DNA of 53,207 bases. Origin: a virus. Taxonomy: Duplodnaviria > Caudoviricetes. The stretch lies in IMG/VR virus record IMGVR_UViG_3300049174_000048, positions 1-53,207 of that record, one strand, 5' to 3'. The notes below the pieces were generated by a model. That model worked only from the letters and a program-made list of their open reading frames with translations. It searched no databases and was not told where the DNA came from. The translations under genes and the position numbers were made by a program. This document shows positions 33,941 to 43,739 of the stretch, one piece after another. Position 1 is the stretch's first letter, and every line of letters starts with the position of its first letter.

Positions 33941-35606
33941 CCTGTTGACCATCTTCGGGCTGTACAGCGCTGGGCGCGGTAAGCAGATCTCGCCTGCGAT
34001 ACTGCGGCGTGTGTTCGGCGATGTGACTGTGCCCAATGCCGACGGTGCTGGGACCAAGGACGACACAGCTGCGTTCACGGCAGCGCTCGGGTCAGGGAAC
34101 AAGACGGTCACAGTGCCGCCGGGCACGTACAAGTTGACGGCGCCGCTGGTGCTGCCGGCCGGTGTGCAGCTGGTGGCAGTCGGACGTCCGACGTTGAACT
34201 TTACCGGGCCGATGACGAACGGGTGCATCCAGCTGCCGAACGATGGCTGCACGCTGCGCGGGCTGGTCATCAATGCCGATAAGTCGACCAAGGTGACGAC
34301 GTGCAACGGCGTTCTAGTTTCAGGGAACGACAACATCATCGAGGAGTGTCAGGTCCTCAATGCGCACGACCAGGGCATCAAAATCACGGGCGATCGCAAC
34401 CGCGTGTCGCGCTCCAAGGTGACCGGGTCGACTGCGCCGAACATACAGATCTTGGGTCCGACGGTGCTGGCTGCGCCGGGCACTGTCGGCGGGTCGTTCA
34501 ATACGATCGAATTGTGCGACGTCAGTGGCGGTGGTGGGTTCGGCATCCACATCGATGATGCGGCGCATGACAATAGGATATTTGGCTGCTGGTGCACGGT
34601 CAGTGGGCTGGAGCTGATAGGCGTCACCTATTCGTGCTACCGTATGCAGATCATCGGCAACCATGCGGAAGGCACGGGCGACAACGGCATCAGTGTGACC
34701 GGCTATGACTGCACCGTGAACGACAACGAGTGCATCAAGTGCGCCAACAGCGGCATCCACCTGTACGGGTCGAACAACACTTGCACAGGCAACGTCTGCA
34801 AGAACAATAACCAGTCGCATAGCACGTTTGCCGGTATTGACCTGGGGTGCAGCTGGGGTGGTCTCGGCACGGGCAACAGCGTCGTCGGCAACCAATGCCT
34901 GGACGACCAAGCCGCGCCGACGCAGAACTACGGCATCAACATCGGTGGTGCGTTCTACCCCGCTTGGGCGCCGTCATTGTCGTTGGCCAGCTATCCGTAC
35001 GTGGCGAACGGGTTGGCTATCTACAAACGTGTTGCTGGTGCGACGGCGATCCCTGCCAGCGGTGCTGTGGCGCCGACGCATACCAGCGGCGATGTCAACG
35101 ATGGCACCATCACGTGGCGCTACGTGGCGACTGCCGATACCAACCTGAACTCGAAGCACCTACAGGTGATCGGCAATACGTGCCGCGGCAACGTCGTCAA
35201 GTCGTACAACGACAGCAGCCTGAACGCGCATACCGTCATGCACGAAAACCTGATGGTGCTGGACGCGGCGCCGGGTGGTGGATCAACCAACCCTGCCCTG
35301 CCATTGCAGATCATCACGGCGAACGGGTCGCCTGCGACGCTCGGGTTGCTGGGCAACCCTGGCGACTTGATGCTGCGGCGCGGCGGTAGCACCGGCATCA
35401 CTGCGTACTTGAAGGAAGCCGGTGCCAACGACAGTTCTAACTGGTTCCCGCTGGTGACGCGGCGCAGCGGCACGACAGCTGCGCGCCCGACCGGCCTGGG
35501 TGTCGGTTATGACGGCTACGTGTATTGGGACAGCACCTTGAAGAAACCAGTCTGGTGGGACAGCGCCGCCAGTGGTTGGAAGGATGCAACGGGCGCTGTG
35601 GTCTAA
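33924..35606 (+). CDS. right-handed beta-helix (pectate-lyase-like) spike/depolymerase
   Basis: GDGxxDDT-like ADGAGTKDDTAAF, VPPGTYKL, repeated GN/N-C strands; C-terminal YWDSTLKKPVWW..GWKDATG. Confidence 0.8.
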   Translation: MVQLPDLLTIFGLYSAGRGKQISPAILRRVFGDVTVPNADGAGTKDDTAAFTAALGSGNKTVTVPPGTYKLTAPLVLPAGVQLVAVGRPTLNFTGPMTNGCIQLPNDGCTLRGLVINADKSTKVTTCNGVLVSGNDNIIEECQVLNAHDQGIKITGDRNRVSRSKVTGSTAPNIQILGPTVLAAPGTVGGSFNTIELCDVSGGGGFGIHIDDAAHDNRIFGCWCTVSGLELIGVTYSCYRMQIIGNHAEGTGDNGISVTGYDCTVNDNECIKCANSGIHLYGSNNTCTGNVCKNNNQSHSTFAGIDLGCSWGGLGTGNSVVGNQCLDDQAAPTQNYGINIGGAFYPAWAPSLSLASYPYVANGLAIYKRVAGATAIPASGAVAPTHTSGDVNDGTITWRYVATADTNLNSKHLQVIGNTCRGNVVKSYNDSSLNAHTVMHENLMVLDAAPGGGSTNPALPLQIITANGSPATLGLLGNPGDLMLRRGGSTGITAYLKEAGANDSSNWFPLVTRRSGTTAARPTGLGVGYDGYVYWDSTLKKPVWWDSAASGWKDATGAVV

Positions 35607-35621
35607 AGAGGAGTTCATCGA

Positions 35622-35858
35622 ATGACGAGCAAAGTCATCGTCCGTGCGGACGAGAGCAACGAGCAGACGTTGACGGTGTCGAACAGTGGTCAGCAGACGC
35701 AGCAGCTGCAAGCCGGCGACGAGCAAACGTTCGACGTGCAGCAGGGCCAGACCATCACCATCGTCGAGACTGCGGTGCAGCAGGACCAGGGCGGCGGCGC
35801 CAGCGGCGCGCAGCAGGGTCGCCAGGGCGCCGGCAGCCAGCAGTCGCGGCAGCGGTAA
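35622..35858 (+). CDS. small Gln-rich hypothetical protein
   Basis: GAGGAG SD. Confidence 0.6.
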   Translation: MTSKVIVRADESNEQTLTVSNSGQQTQQLQAGDEQTFDVQQGQTITIVETAVQQDQGGGASGAQQGRQGAGSQQSRQR

Positions 35859-35863
35859 CGAAC

Positions 35864-36628
35864 GTGCTGACATCCGACCGTCGCCGCGAGACCAAGCGCC
35901 AGCAACAGGCGTTTGCTCGCGCGCGACGGGCGGAACAGAAATACAGCAGGCAGCTGCGCAAGGTGGCCACGCAGGTCGGCAACATCATCAACAGTTTCCC
36001 GCCGGGTGACCCTGCGGCGTTGCCGCCGCTGACGCGTGCGCTGGCGCACTATGCCGAGGCGATCCGCCCTTGGGCCACTGCGGTGGCTAGCGACATGGTC
36101 GCCCAGGTCGCGCGGTACGACGAACTGGCGTGGCGTGCCCATACGCAGGGCATGGCTCGCGCTGTGCGCCAGGAGATCGCCCAGGCACCGACTGGCGCCG
36201 TGGTGCGTCGTCTGCTGGCCGAACAGGTCGCTCTCATCACATCGCTTCCTATCGACGCCGGCAATCGCGTGCACAAGCTGACCACGGAAGCGCTGGTCGA
36301 TAGCAGCCGCGCCAGCGAGATTGCCAAGGACATACTGCGCAGCGGCGAAGTCACGCGCAGCCGCGCCACGCTGATTGCACGCACTGAAGTTGGGCGGACG
36401 TCGACTGCAATGACGCAGGCGCGCGCCGAGCATATGGGTAGCGACGGATATATCTGGCGCACCGCAGGCGACGCAGACGTGCGCAAGTCGCATAAGCAGA
36501 TGGAAGGCAAGTTCGTGCGTTGGGACACCATGCCTCGTCTGAGCGATGGCACGGTCACGCATGCCGGCGCAATATGGAACTGTAGATGTTTTGCTGAGCC
36601 AGTAATACCGGCTATCTTTGATGAATGA
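35864..36628 (+). CDS. MuF/SPP1 gp7-like head morphogenesis protein
   Basis: RATLIARTE, YIWRTAGDADVRKSH..MEGK, NCRC. Confidence 0.9.
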   Translation: MLTSDRRRETKRQQQAFARARRAEQKYSRQLRKVATQVGNIINSFPPGDPAALPPLTRALAHYAEAIRPWATAVASDMVAQVARYDELAWRAHTQGMARAVRQEIAQAPTGAVVRRLLAEQVALITSLPIDAGNRVHKLTTEALVDSSRASEIAKDILRSGEVTRSRATLIARTEVGRTSTAMTQARAEHMGSDGYIWRTAGDADVRKSHKQMEGKFVRWDTMPRLSDGTVTHAGAIWNCRCFAEPVIPAIFDE

Positions 36629-37220
36629 TTATTACGTATATGCGCTGCTGCGCCCTTGTGGAACGCCGTTTTATATCGGTAAGGGATGTGGTCGACGTTG
36701 GGAAGAGCATATTCATAAAGTGCGTCGGGGACGTTCACATAAGGACAATATAATTGCGAAGATAATAGATCAAGGTGGCACTATTATAAAGGTGAAATGG
36801 ACAGAAGGTTTATCCGATCAGGACGCATTATTTCATGAGAGAATGATCATTGCTTCATTGGGTCGTTTTCCTAATGGCCCGTTGGTCAATAAGACAGAAG
36901 GTGGCGATGGTCCTGCATTGACGCCAGAAATAAAGGCGAAGATGAGTGCGGCTGGTAAGGGGCGTAAACAATCACCAGAATGGATAGCGAATAAAGCCGC
37001 AGCGCGTCGGCGTAATAAAGTGGGTTGGTCTGATGCTTCCAAGCAGAAGGCTAGTATTTCACAGAAAAATCGTATTCGGACAAGTGAAGAATTAGCTCGT
37101 ATGAGTGAAATATCGAAGATGCGTAAGACAACACCTGAGTGGCGTGCCAAGTTGAGCATTGCTGCAAAACGGCGTTGGGCACGGTTCCATGGAGCCATAT
37201 TCGAGGAGGATGCAGCATGA
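36621..37220 (+). CDS. GIY-YIG homing endonuclease with NUMOD3-like repeats
   Basis: YYVYAL...PFYIGKG.GRR...E..II...LVNKTEGGDG; AT-rich. Confidence 0.88.
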   Translation: MNDYYVYALLRPCGTPFYIGKGCGRRWEEHIHKVRRGRSHKDNIIAKIIDQGGTIIKVKWTEGLSDQDALFHERMIIASLGRFPNGPLVNKTEGGDGPALTPEIKAKMSAAGKGRKQSPEWIANKAAARRRNKVGWSDASKQKASISQKNRIRTSEELARMSEISKMRKTTPEWRAKLSIAAKRRWARFHGAIFEEDAA

Positions 37221-37738
37221 AGCGTCTTGGCTATCTGGCGTACCTGTGTGCGCTGCTCATCGGTCTGCCGATTGCAGCCGAGATCTTCGTCACACCTCTC
37301 GTGGCACCCGCGCTGGCGCAGATCCAGACGCAGCCGGTATTCACGCCGAAGTCCAACTTCGCTGTGCTGTCGTCGGCGGCGCGTGTGCCCGGTACGTACA
37401 ACAGCAACGATTTCACGGTCGGCTACGGACGCGGTCTCATCTGCATCTTCAACCAGACGGCGAACACCCCGACGCCCAGCACGACCATCGCCATCCAGGG
37501 CAAGGACCCGATCAGTGGCACGTACTACACGCTCGGCACGGGCGCCGCGGTCACCACGACCAACGGCACTGCCGGCGTCGCGCAGAACGGCGTCATCGTG
37601 TACCCCGGCTTTACCGGCACGGCGCCGACCGGCTTCACGGCGGTGAGCGGCTTCGTGCCGCTGACGGCGCGCGTGCAGATGGTCGTCGGCGGCACCGGCA
37701 GCAGCACCGGCACGGTGAACTGCTCGGCCGTTCCGTAA
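37217..37738 (+). CDS. signal-peptide beta-rich protein, paralog A
   Basis: GAGGAGG SD; hydrophobic N-terminus ending ALA-Q; aligns with next gene. Confidence 0.75.
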   Translation: MKRLGYLAYLCALLIGLPIAAEIFVTPLVAPALAQIQTQPVFTPKSNFAVLSSAARVPGTYNSNDFTVGYGRGLICIFNQTANTPTPSTTIAIQGKDPISGTYYTLGTGAAVTTTNGTAGVAQNGVIVYPGFTGTAPTGFTAVSGFVPLTARVQMVVGGTGSSTGTVNCSAVP

Positions 37739-37763
37739 CCAGCTGCGCAGGGGTGCTGCCAAC

Positions 37764-38252
37764 ATGAACAAGCTGCTGTCTCTCGTGGCGGCACTGTGCC
37801 TGCTGCCGCTGGTCGCACTGGCGCAGGCGCCGCCTGCGCAGTCGGTGTATGAATACAAGGCCGAGACGGCAGCGGTCTTCGCGTCAGCGGCGCGCCCGCC
37901 CGCCACGTACAACAGCAACGACCTGCTGCTTTGGGGCGCGCGGGGCATCATCTGCACGTTCAACCAGACGGCGAACAGCGGCGCGCCCAGCACGACGATG
38001 GCGCTGCAATTCAAGGACCCGGCGCTGGCTGCCACGTACTACACCGTAGCGACAACGACAGCCATCACCACGACCAACGCAACAGCCGGCACGACGCAAG
38101 CAGGCATCATCGCGTACCCTGGCTTTGCCGGCACGCCACCGACTGGCTTCGTTGGCGTCAACATCGCTGCACCGCTGCGCGCCCGTGTGCAGATGGTCAT
38201 CGGCGGCACGGGCAGTAGCACGGGTCAGGTGGGCTGCACGACGCTGCCATGA
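37764..38252 (+). CDS. signal-peptide beta-rich protein, paralog B
   Basis: MNKLLSLVAALCLLPLVALA-Q. Confidence 0.75.
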   Translation: MNKLLSLVAALCLLPLVALAQAPPAQSVYEYKAETAAVFASAARPPATYNSNDLLLWGARGIICTFNQTANSGAPSTTMALQFKDPALAATYYTVATTTAITTTNATAGTTQAGIIAYPGFAGTPPTGFVGVNIAAPLRARVQMVIGGTGSSTGQVGCTTLP

Positions 38253-39670
38253 CGCAGATCTTCCTTGTCGACCAGAAGCTGGGCGCGCGGCAGTCGCTGA
38301 CCAAGGAAGGCTTCCTGCTGTGCGAGAGCGTGCCCATTGCGCGCACGACACGCGACGCGCCGATGCTGTACGCGCCCGGCGAACTGCCGGCCTCCCTGAC
38401 CCCTGGACCGGACGGCATTATCCGTGTTGAGCGGCAGGACGCCGACGTGTTCCGGCCCGAAGCGATCGCCAGCTTTGCCGGCAAGCCGGTGGTGAACGGA
38501 CATCCGCCCGGTGGTGATGTCAATCCCAGCAACTGGCGTGAGTTGTCAGTCGGCATCGTGCAGAACCCGCGCCGCGGCGAAGGTATTGAAGACGACTACC
38601 TATTCGCTGATTTGCTTATCACTGATGCAGACGCCATCCGTGCCGTGCGGGATGGCTTGCGCGAAGTGTCGTGCGGTTACGACGCTGACTACGAAGAACT
38701 GGCACCTGGACGTGCACGGCAACTGAACATTATTGGCAACCATGTCGCGCTGGTCGAACACGGACGTTGCGGCCCGCGATGCTCGATAGGAGATCACGCG
38801 ATGCCCATGACGTTGAAGGACCGTCTTGCTGCCGCGATTGCTAGCGGCGACACGGCAACAGCCACCCAGCTGCTTGGCGCGGCGCATGTCGTCGAGGCTG
38901 CCGGCGCGGCGACGCGCGACCAGTCGCACATCCATGTGCACGTCAACGGGTCGACGCGCGACGCGCGCCGGGCGCGCGATGAGGACGAGGACGAGACCGA
39001 GGAGGAGCGCAAGAAGCGGCTTGCTGCCGAGAAGCTGGCCGAAGACAGGGCGCGCGACGAGGAGCCGGCGTGGTTCGCCAAGTACCGCGAGAGCAACGAC
39101 AAGCGGATGAAGGACTTCGAGGAACGGCTACCCAAGCGCGATGGCGACAAGACCGGCGACGACATTCGCAGCGAGATGGTCGGCGGCGAGGGCGGCGAAG
39201 AGCAGATGCGCAAGGCTGACCGTGTCGAGGAGAACCGTGGCGAGAGCGCGCCGGGCGGCAGCACGGGCGACAGCGCTGCGATCGTCGACGCGTTCAAGGA
39301 CACCATGTCTCTCGCCGAGATCCTGGTGCCCGGCGTCAAGGCGCCGACGCTGGACGCCAAGTCGTCCAAGAAGACAACGGTCGACGCGATTGCTGCGTTC
39401 CAGCGTCGCGTGCTGACCGAAGCCTACAACGGCAAGCACAAGGACACGTTGACGCCGCTGCTTGCCGGCGTCGACATCAAGACGATGGACTGCGACGCGG
39501 TGCGCGTCGCGTTCAACGGCGCGGCCGCGATCGTGCGCCGCGAGAACAACGGGCAGCACCGCATGCAGTCCGGCATCAACGTTCACGACACTGGCGGACG
39601 CACGAAGGTGCCGACGCCGGCCGACTTGAACGCCAAGAACCGGCAACTGTACGGTTTTCCAGCCCGCTGA
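38249..39670 (+). CDS. DUF2213 prohead protease/scaffold
   Basis: TKEGFLLC..VPIAR, SFAGKPV..GHP, LREVSCGY, GNHVALV..GRCG..CSIGD; charged C-terminal scaffold region. Confidence 0.88.
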   Translation: MTQIFLVDQKLGARQSLTKEGFLLCESVPIARTTRDAPMLYAPGELPASLTPGPDGIIRVERQDADVFRPEAIASFAGKPVVNGHPPGGDVNPSNWRELSVGIVQNPRRGEGIEDDYLFADLLITDADAIRAVRDGLREVSCGYDADYEELAPGRARQLNIIGNHVALVEHGRCGPRCSIGDHAMPMTLKDRLAAAIASGDTATATQLLGAAHVVEAAGAATRDQSHIHVHVNGSTRDARRARDEDEDETEEERKKRLAAEKLAEDRARDEEPAWFAKYRESNDKRMKDFEERLPKRDGDKTGDDIRSEMVGGEGGEEQMRKADRVEENRGESAPGGSTGDSAAIVDAFKDTMSLAEILVPGVKAPTLDAKSSKKTTVDAIAAFQRRVLTEAYNGKHKDTLTPLLAGVDIKTMDCDAVRVAFNGAAAIVRRENNGQHRMQSGINVHDTGGRTKVPTPADLNAKNRQLYGFPAR

Positions 39671-39700
39671 CGGACCCCGGCACTACGCCATAAGGAGAAG

Positions 39701-40309
39701 ATGATGCAGTTCAATACGCGGGTCCGCAGCAGGACCCTGTTTGCCGCGGCGCTGGTCATGCTTGGCGTGCGCAAGCGCACGGTGCGGCACCGCACGCTGG
39801 ACGCCAGCAACGCGATCCTGTACCGCATGGCTGCCGGCGTGCCCGGCGACGTCACGCGCAGCGCGATGGGACTGACCGTCGAGCCGCAGATCATCACGAC
39901 TGCCGGACAAGCCAATGCGCCGGCTGCGTACGGCATCGGCGTGCTGCTGGATGCGACGACCGGCAAGGTGCGCCAGCCGACGGCTGGCGACACGGCCATC
40001 TACGGCATCCTGGTGCGTCCGTTCCCCATCCAGGGCCAGACGCCCAACGAGCCGCTCGGCACCAACACCCCGCCCGTGCAGGGCACGTGCGACGTGCTGC
40101 GCCGCGGCTACATTGCGGCGTTGGTCAGCGGCGTGACCGGCGCCACCAAGAATGGCCCGGTGTACTGCCGCACCGTCGCCGCGGCGAACCGTCCTGTCGG
40201 CGCATTCGAGGCGGCAGCGGACGGCGGCAACAGCTTCCTGGTGCCGAACGCGTTCTGGATGGGTCCTGCCGACGCCAACGGCATCAGCGAGATCGCCTAC
40301 AACATCTAA
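39701..40309 (+). CDS. head decoration/cement protein
   Basis: RM.AG.PGDVTR, GILVRPFP, DVLRRGY, EIAYNI; lies between DUF2213 and capsid. Confidence 0.75.
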   Translation: MMQFNTRVRSRTLFAAALVMLGVRKRTVRHRTLDASNAILYRMAAGVPGDVTRSAMGLTVEPQIITTAGQANAPAAYGIGVLLDATTGKVRQPTAGDTAIYGILVRPFPIQGQTPNEPLGTNTPPVQGTCDVLRRGYIAALVSGVTGATKNGPVYCRTVAAANRPVGAFEAAADGGNSFLVPNAFWMGPADANGISEIAYNI

Positions 40310-40335
40310 TGGCCCGGAGGAGGGACCTACAGCAA

Positions 40336-41370
40336 ATGACGAAACTGCTTCCTGGGCCGAAGGGCCTCGTCAGGGCACGCACGCTCGACAACTTCATGAC
40401 GTTCGATCAGCGAACGGTCGACGGAACGGGTGCCTTTCTGATCGGTGAACTCGAGCGTCTCGACCAGACGCTGCACGAGCCGCTGGTGACCGTCACCTGG
40501 GGCCGTGACATCGACCTGCGTGAAGACGTCACCATCGGCGACGAGACGTCGTCGTTCACCAACAGCAGCTTCGCCGCGATGGGCAGCACGACGCCCGGCG
40601 GCAAGGCGTGGATCAGCAAGGACGCTAACGCCATCACCGGCGTTGCGCTGGACATCGGCAAGACGGCGAACCCGCTGACGCTCTGGGGCATGGAGCTGAA
40701 GTGGACGCTGCCGGAACTCGAGAGCGCCATGCGTCTCGGCCGTCCGGTCGACACGCAGAAGTACAACGCCATGCAGCTGAAGCACCAGATGGACATCGAC
40801 GAGATGGTCTACATCGGTGACACGCAGCTGGGCTACAAGGGGCTGGTGAACTCGGCGCAGGTCACGGTGTCGAACGCCGCGTCCGGTCTGTCTGGGTCGA
40901 CGCTGTGGATCAACAAGACACCGGACGAAATCCTGGCGGACATCAACACGCTGCTGAGCGCGACCTGGGCGGCATCCGGCTATGCCGTCATGCCGCGCGA
41001 ATTGCGCGTGCCGCCCGCGCAGTTCAGCTACATCGTCTCGCAGAAGATCTCGAACGCCGGCAACCAGTCGATCCTGACGTTCCTACGCGACAACAGCTTG
41101 TCGAACGCCACCAACGGCGTGCCGCTCAACATCCAGCCGCTGAAGTGGCTGGTCGGCGCCGGCAACGGCGGCACCATCGGCGTGCCCGGCACGGTGGACC
41201 GCATGTTCGCGTACACGCGCGACCGTGACCGGGTGCGCTTCCCCATGACGCTGCTGCAACGAACGCCGATCGAGTACAGGTCGCTGTACCAGATCACGAC
41301 CTACTTCGGCCGTCTCGGCGTCGTCGAATTCGTCTACCCCGAGACGCTCGCGTACGTGGACGGCATCTGA
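40336..41370 (+). CDS. major capsid protein (DUF2184)
   Basis: GAFLIGELERLD, TWGRDI.LREDV, KTPDEILADIN, YVDGI; GGAGG SD. Confidence 0.9.
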   Translation: MTKLLPGPKGLVRARTLDNFMTFDQRTVDGTGAFLIGELERLDQTLHEPLVTVTWGRDIDLREDVTIGDETSSFTNSSFAAMGSTTPGGKAWISKDANAITGVALDIGKTANPLTLWGMELKWTLPELESAMRLGRPVDTQKYNAMQLKHQMDIDEMVYIGDTQLGYKGLVNSAQVTVSNAASGLSGSTLWINKTPDEILADINTLLSATWAASGYAVMPRELRVPPAQFSYIVSQKISNAGNQSILTFLRDNSLSNATNGVPLNIQPLKWLVGAGNGGTIGVPGTVDRMFAYTRDRDRVRFPMTLLQRTPIEYRSLYQITTYFGRLGVVEFVYPETLAYVDGI

Positions 41371-41432
41371 CGGCGCGCGACCAACACCGTATTCCCTGAC
41401 CCTGTGCGGTCAGGGGGAAAGGACAAGCGGCT

Positions 41433-42062
41433 ATGCGAGTGATTTCCAACAATGGTGCCGACGTTCACGTGCGGCACGGCAATGGGACGCTCATCCTGCG
41501 CCCCGGCTACAACGAACTGCCGGACGATCTGAAGGATCATCCGTACGTGCTGGGTCTGGTGCGCAGCGGCGTGCTGGTCGACGCCGAGCAGGCGGAGGGG
41601 CGCGACCCGCAGCTGGTGCTGCCGCCGCAGTTCGCGGCGCACGAGATCGACATGCGTGCCGAGCCGCCGACGGAGCAGGCGTTCGGCACGGCGCCGCTCG
41701 AGGGCGACGTGCGCCCGTTCGGCCACATCGAGGAGGAGCAGCGCAATCTCGCGCTGCGTGGCGGCATGCAGGAGACGCGTGCGGCGGAGATCGAGCGGAA
41801 CGCGCAGCCGGGTCGGTCGGCGACCATCGGCGAGCGCGGCGGCAAGACGCCCGAGACCGAAGCCGTGCGTGACGGTCGTACCGGCGCGCAGCGTCCGGCG
41901 CCGGCTGGCGTCGGCAACGATGAGAACGGCGGCAAGGCGCCCGAGCCGTCCGCCGCGGACAAGCGCGCCGAGAACAAGGCCGAAGCCAAGGAAGTGCCGG
42001 GCGCCGATCAGCCGAGCGACAAGAGCCGGCAGCAGCACGGGCACCACACCGGCAAGAAGTAA
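41433..42062 (+). CDS. hypothetical head-associated protein with disordered C-terminus
   Basis: follows capsid gene; LRPGYNELP...HPYV. Confidence 0.6.
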   Translation: MRVISNNGADVHVRHGNGTLILRPGYNELPDDLKDHPYVLGLVRSGVLVDAEQAEGRDPQLVLPPQFAAHEIDMRAEPPTEQAFGTAPLEGDVRPFGHIEEEQRNLALRGGMQETRAAEIERNAQPGRSATIGERGGKTPETEAVRDGRTGAQRPAPAGVGNDENGGKAPEPSAADKRAENKAEAKEVPGADQPSDKSRQQHGHHTGKK

Positions 42063-42133
42063 CCGGCTGCGGTGGCGCGACAAGCCGGGCCGTTGTACCA
42101 TGCAACGGCCCGCGCTGCATAAGGGGTGACGAC

Positions 42134-42520
42134 ATGCCGCTCAGTGAAGGTTCCGGTCGCGAGACCATTAGTGAGAATATCGCCAAGCTGGTGCGCGAAG
42201 GGTACGACCAGAAGCAGGCGGCAGCCATTGCGTACAGCAAGGCGCGCGAAGGCGACTGCGCCATGCTGGCGACCATCAACGCGCGCAATCGCGACAAATG
42301 GGGCATCGGCGCGACGGATGCGCTGGGGCGACGGCAGCGTGATGCTCTCATCATACCGCGCCGTTCCAGTTATAAGCCGGGTGACCGGGTCAAGGTCCAC
42401 GGCAAGACCGGTGTCATCAAGGAATACGATGACGATCGGGATATGTTCTGGGTCAAGTTGGACGGGTCGCATCCAGGTGACCTGACCGGCGTGCACGAAG
42501 ACCAACTGCAACGCGCATGA
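42134..42520 (+). CDS. protein with MPL..G.S..TIS.NI..L..EG...KQA.AIAY domain and KOW/SH3-like C-terminus
   Basis: motifs read directly; [16 protein letters not shown]. Confidence 0.65.
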   Translation: MPLSEGSGRETISENIAKLVREGYDQKQAAAIAYSKAREGDCAMLATINARNRDKWGIGATDALGRRQRDALIIPRRSSYKPGDRVKVHGKTGVIKEYDDDRDMFWVKLDGSHPGDLTGVHEDQLQRA

Positions 42521-42891
42521 CCGTCTCCGTAGCAGACTTTCGCGCGGCGTTCCCGGCGTTTGCCGACGCGACGAAGTATCCGGACGCTGCCGTGCAGTTC
42601 TGGCTGGACACGGCATACGCCATGCTGCCGCCGCTGATCTGGGACACGTCGCTCGACCTGGGCGTGCAGCTGTACACGGCGCACAATCTGATCATGGATC
42701 AGCGCGCTGCCGCAGCAGGCGCCAGCGGCAGCGGTGGCGTGGTCGCCAGCAAGTCGGTCAAGGGCGTCAGCATCGGCTATGACACCGGGCTTGGATTGGC
42801 CGAAGGTGCCGGCGCGTACGGCGCGACGACCTACGGCAATCGCTTCTACCAGATGATGGTCATGTTCGGCGCGGGTGGCGTGCAGCTGTGA
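42517..42891 (+). CDS. head-tail connector (DUF4054)
   Basis: [36 protein letters not shown]. Confidence 0.85.
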   Translation: MTVSVADFRAAFPAFADATKYPDAAVQFWLDTAYAMLPPLIWDTSLDLGVQLYTAHNLIMDQRAAAAGASGSGGVVASKSVKGVSIGYDTGLGLAEGAGAYGATTYGNRFYQMMVMFGAGGVQL

Positions 42892-42985
42892 ACGCGCGCT
42901 TCACCATATTCCTGGTAGTGACGACGCTGTGCAGCATGCTGGGCGCAGTCATTGCGGCGCTGATCATTGTTGCCATGGTGTCGCC

Positions 42986-43495
42986 ATGCCAGTGAAAGTG
43001 ACTGTCGACAAGGTGCAGTCGGTGCTGGACGCGCTGCAAGTGCTGAACCAGACACGCGTCATGGTCGGCATACCGGGCGAGAAGGCAGCGCGGCGCGGCA
43101 CGCCGATCACCAATGCGGCGCTTGGCTACATCCACGAGAACGGCGCACCTGAGATCAATCTGCCGGCGCGCCCGTTCCTGGTGCCCGGCGTCAGCAAGGT
43201 CAAGACGCAGACGGCCAGCCTGCTGCGGCAAGCCGGCGTAGCGGCGCTCGATGGCAAGCCGACGGTGGTGCGCAAGATATACATGGCAGCCGGGCAGACG
43301 GCGGTGAACAGCGTGACGGCCGTCATACGCGCCGGCATACCCCCGCCATTGAAGCCTGGGACGGTCGCCAGACGGCGGGTCCGGTCCAGGGGCAGCAATT
43401 ACCGCCGCAAGGCGACTACAGCCGCCCAGACGATCCCCTTGATCGATACCGGGCAGCTGCTGCGGTCGGTCACCTACGTGCTGCGGGTCCGCTGA
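42986..43495 (+). CDS. neck/tail-completion protein
   Basis: VMVGIP, NAALGYIHENG, PARPFL, PLIDTGQL..SVTYV. Confidence 0.8.
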   Translation: MPVKVTVDKVQSVLDALQVLNQTRVMVGIPGEKAARRGTPITNAALGYIHENGAPEINLPARPFLVPGVSKVKTQTASLLRQAGVAALDGKPTVVRKIYMAAGQTAVNSVTAVIRAGIPPPLKPGTVARRRVRSRGSNYRRKATTAAQTIPLIDTGQLLRSVTYVLRVR

Positions 43496-43502
43496 TGCGC
43501 CC

Positions 43503-43685
43503 CTACAGAAATATCTTGGTGAAGGCGATGCCGGCGGCGAAGAACGCCGCGCACGCTGTGAACATGGCCGTGAACACCTTCCACGGTTCCCAGAATGCCA
43601 GCGCGTTCTTGTACCGGGTGTCGGCCCGCTTGTTCTCAATATCAGCCATGATCTGCTCCAGCTTGGCTGCGTCCACGTCCGTCAT
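43503..43685 (-). CDS. antisense small membrane protein (60 aa, C-terminal TM)
   Basis: CAGAACAGGAG SD and TG-TAGAAT extended -10 at 43712-43720. Confidence 0.7.
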   Translation of the reverse strand: MTDVDAAKLEQIMADIENKRADTRYKNALAFWEPWKVFTAMFTACAAFFAAGIAFTKIFL

Positions 43686-43739
43686 GAATGCTCTCCTGTT
43701 CTGCTGGAAGCATTCTAGCACGGCCGCGAGCTGAACGCC

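Noticed and set aside
20290-42112. GC hairpins at ~20295, ~41393 and ~42086 as intrinsic terminators
   Set aside because: No U-tracts, so not called as terminators
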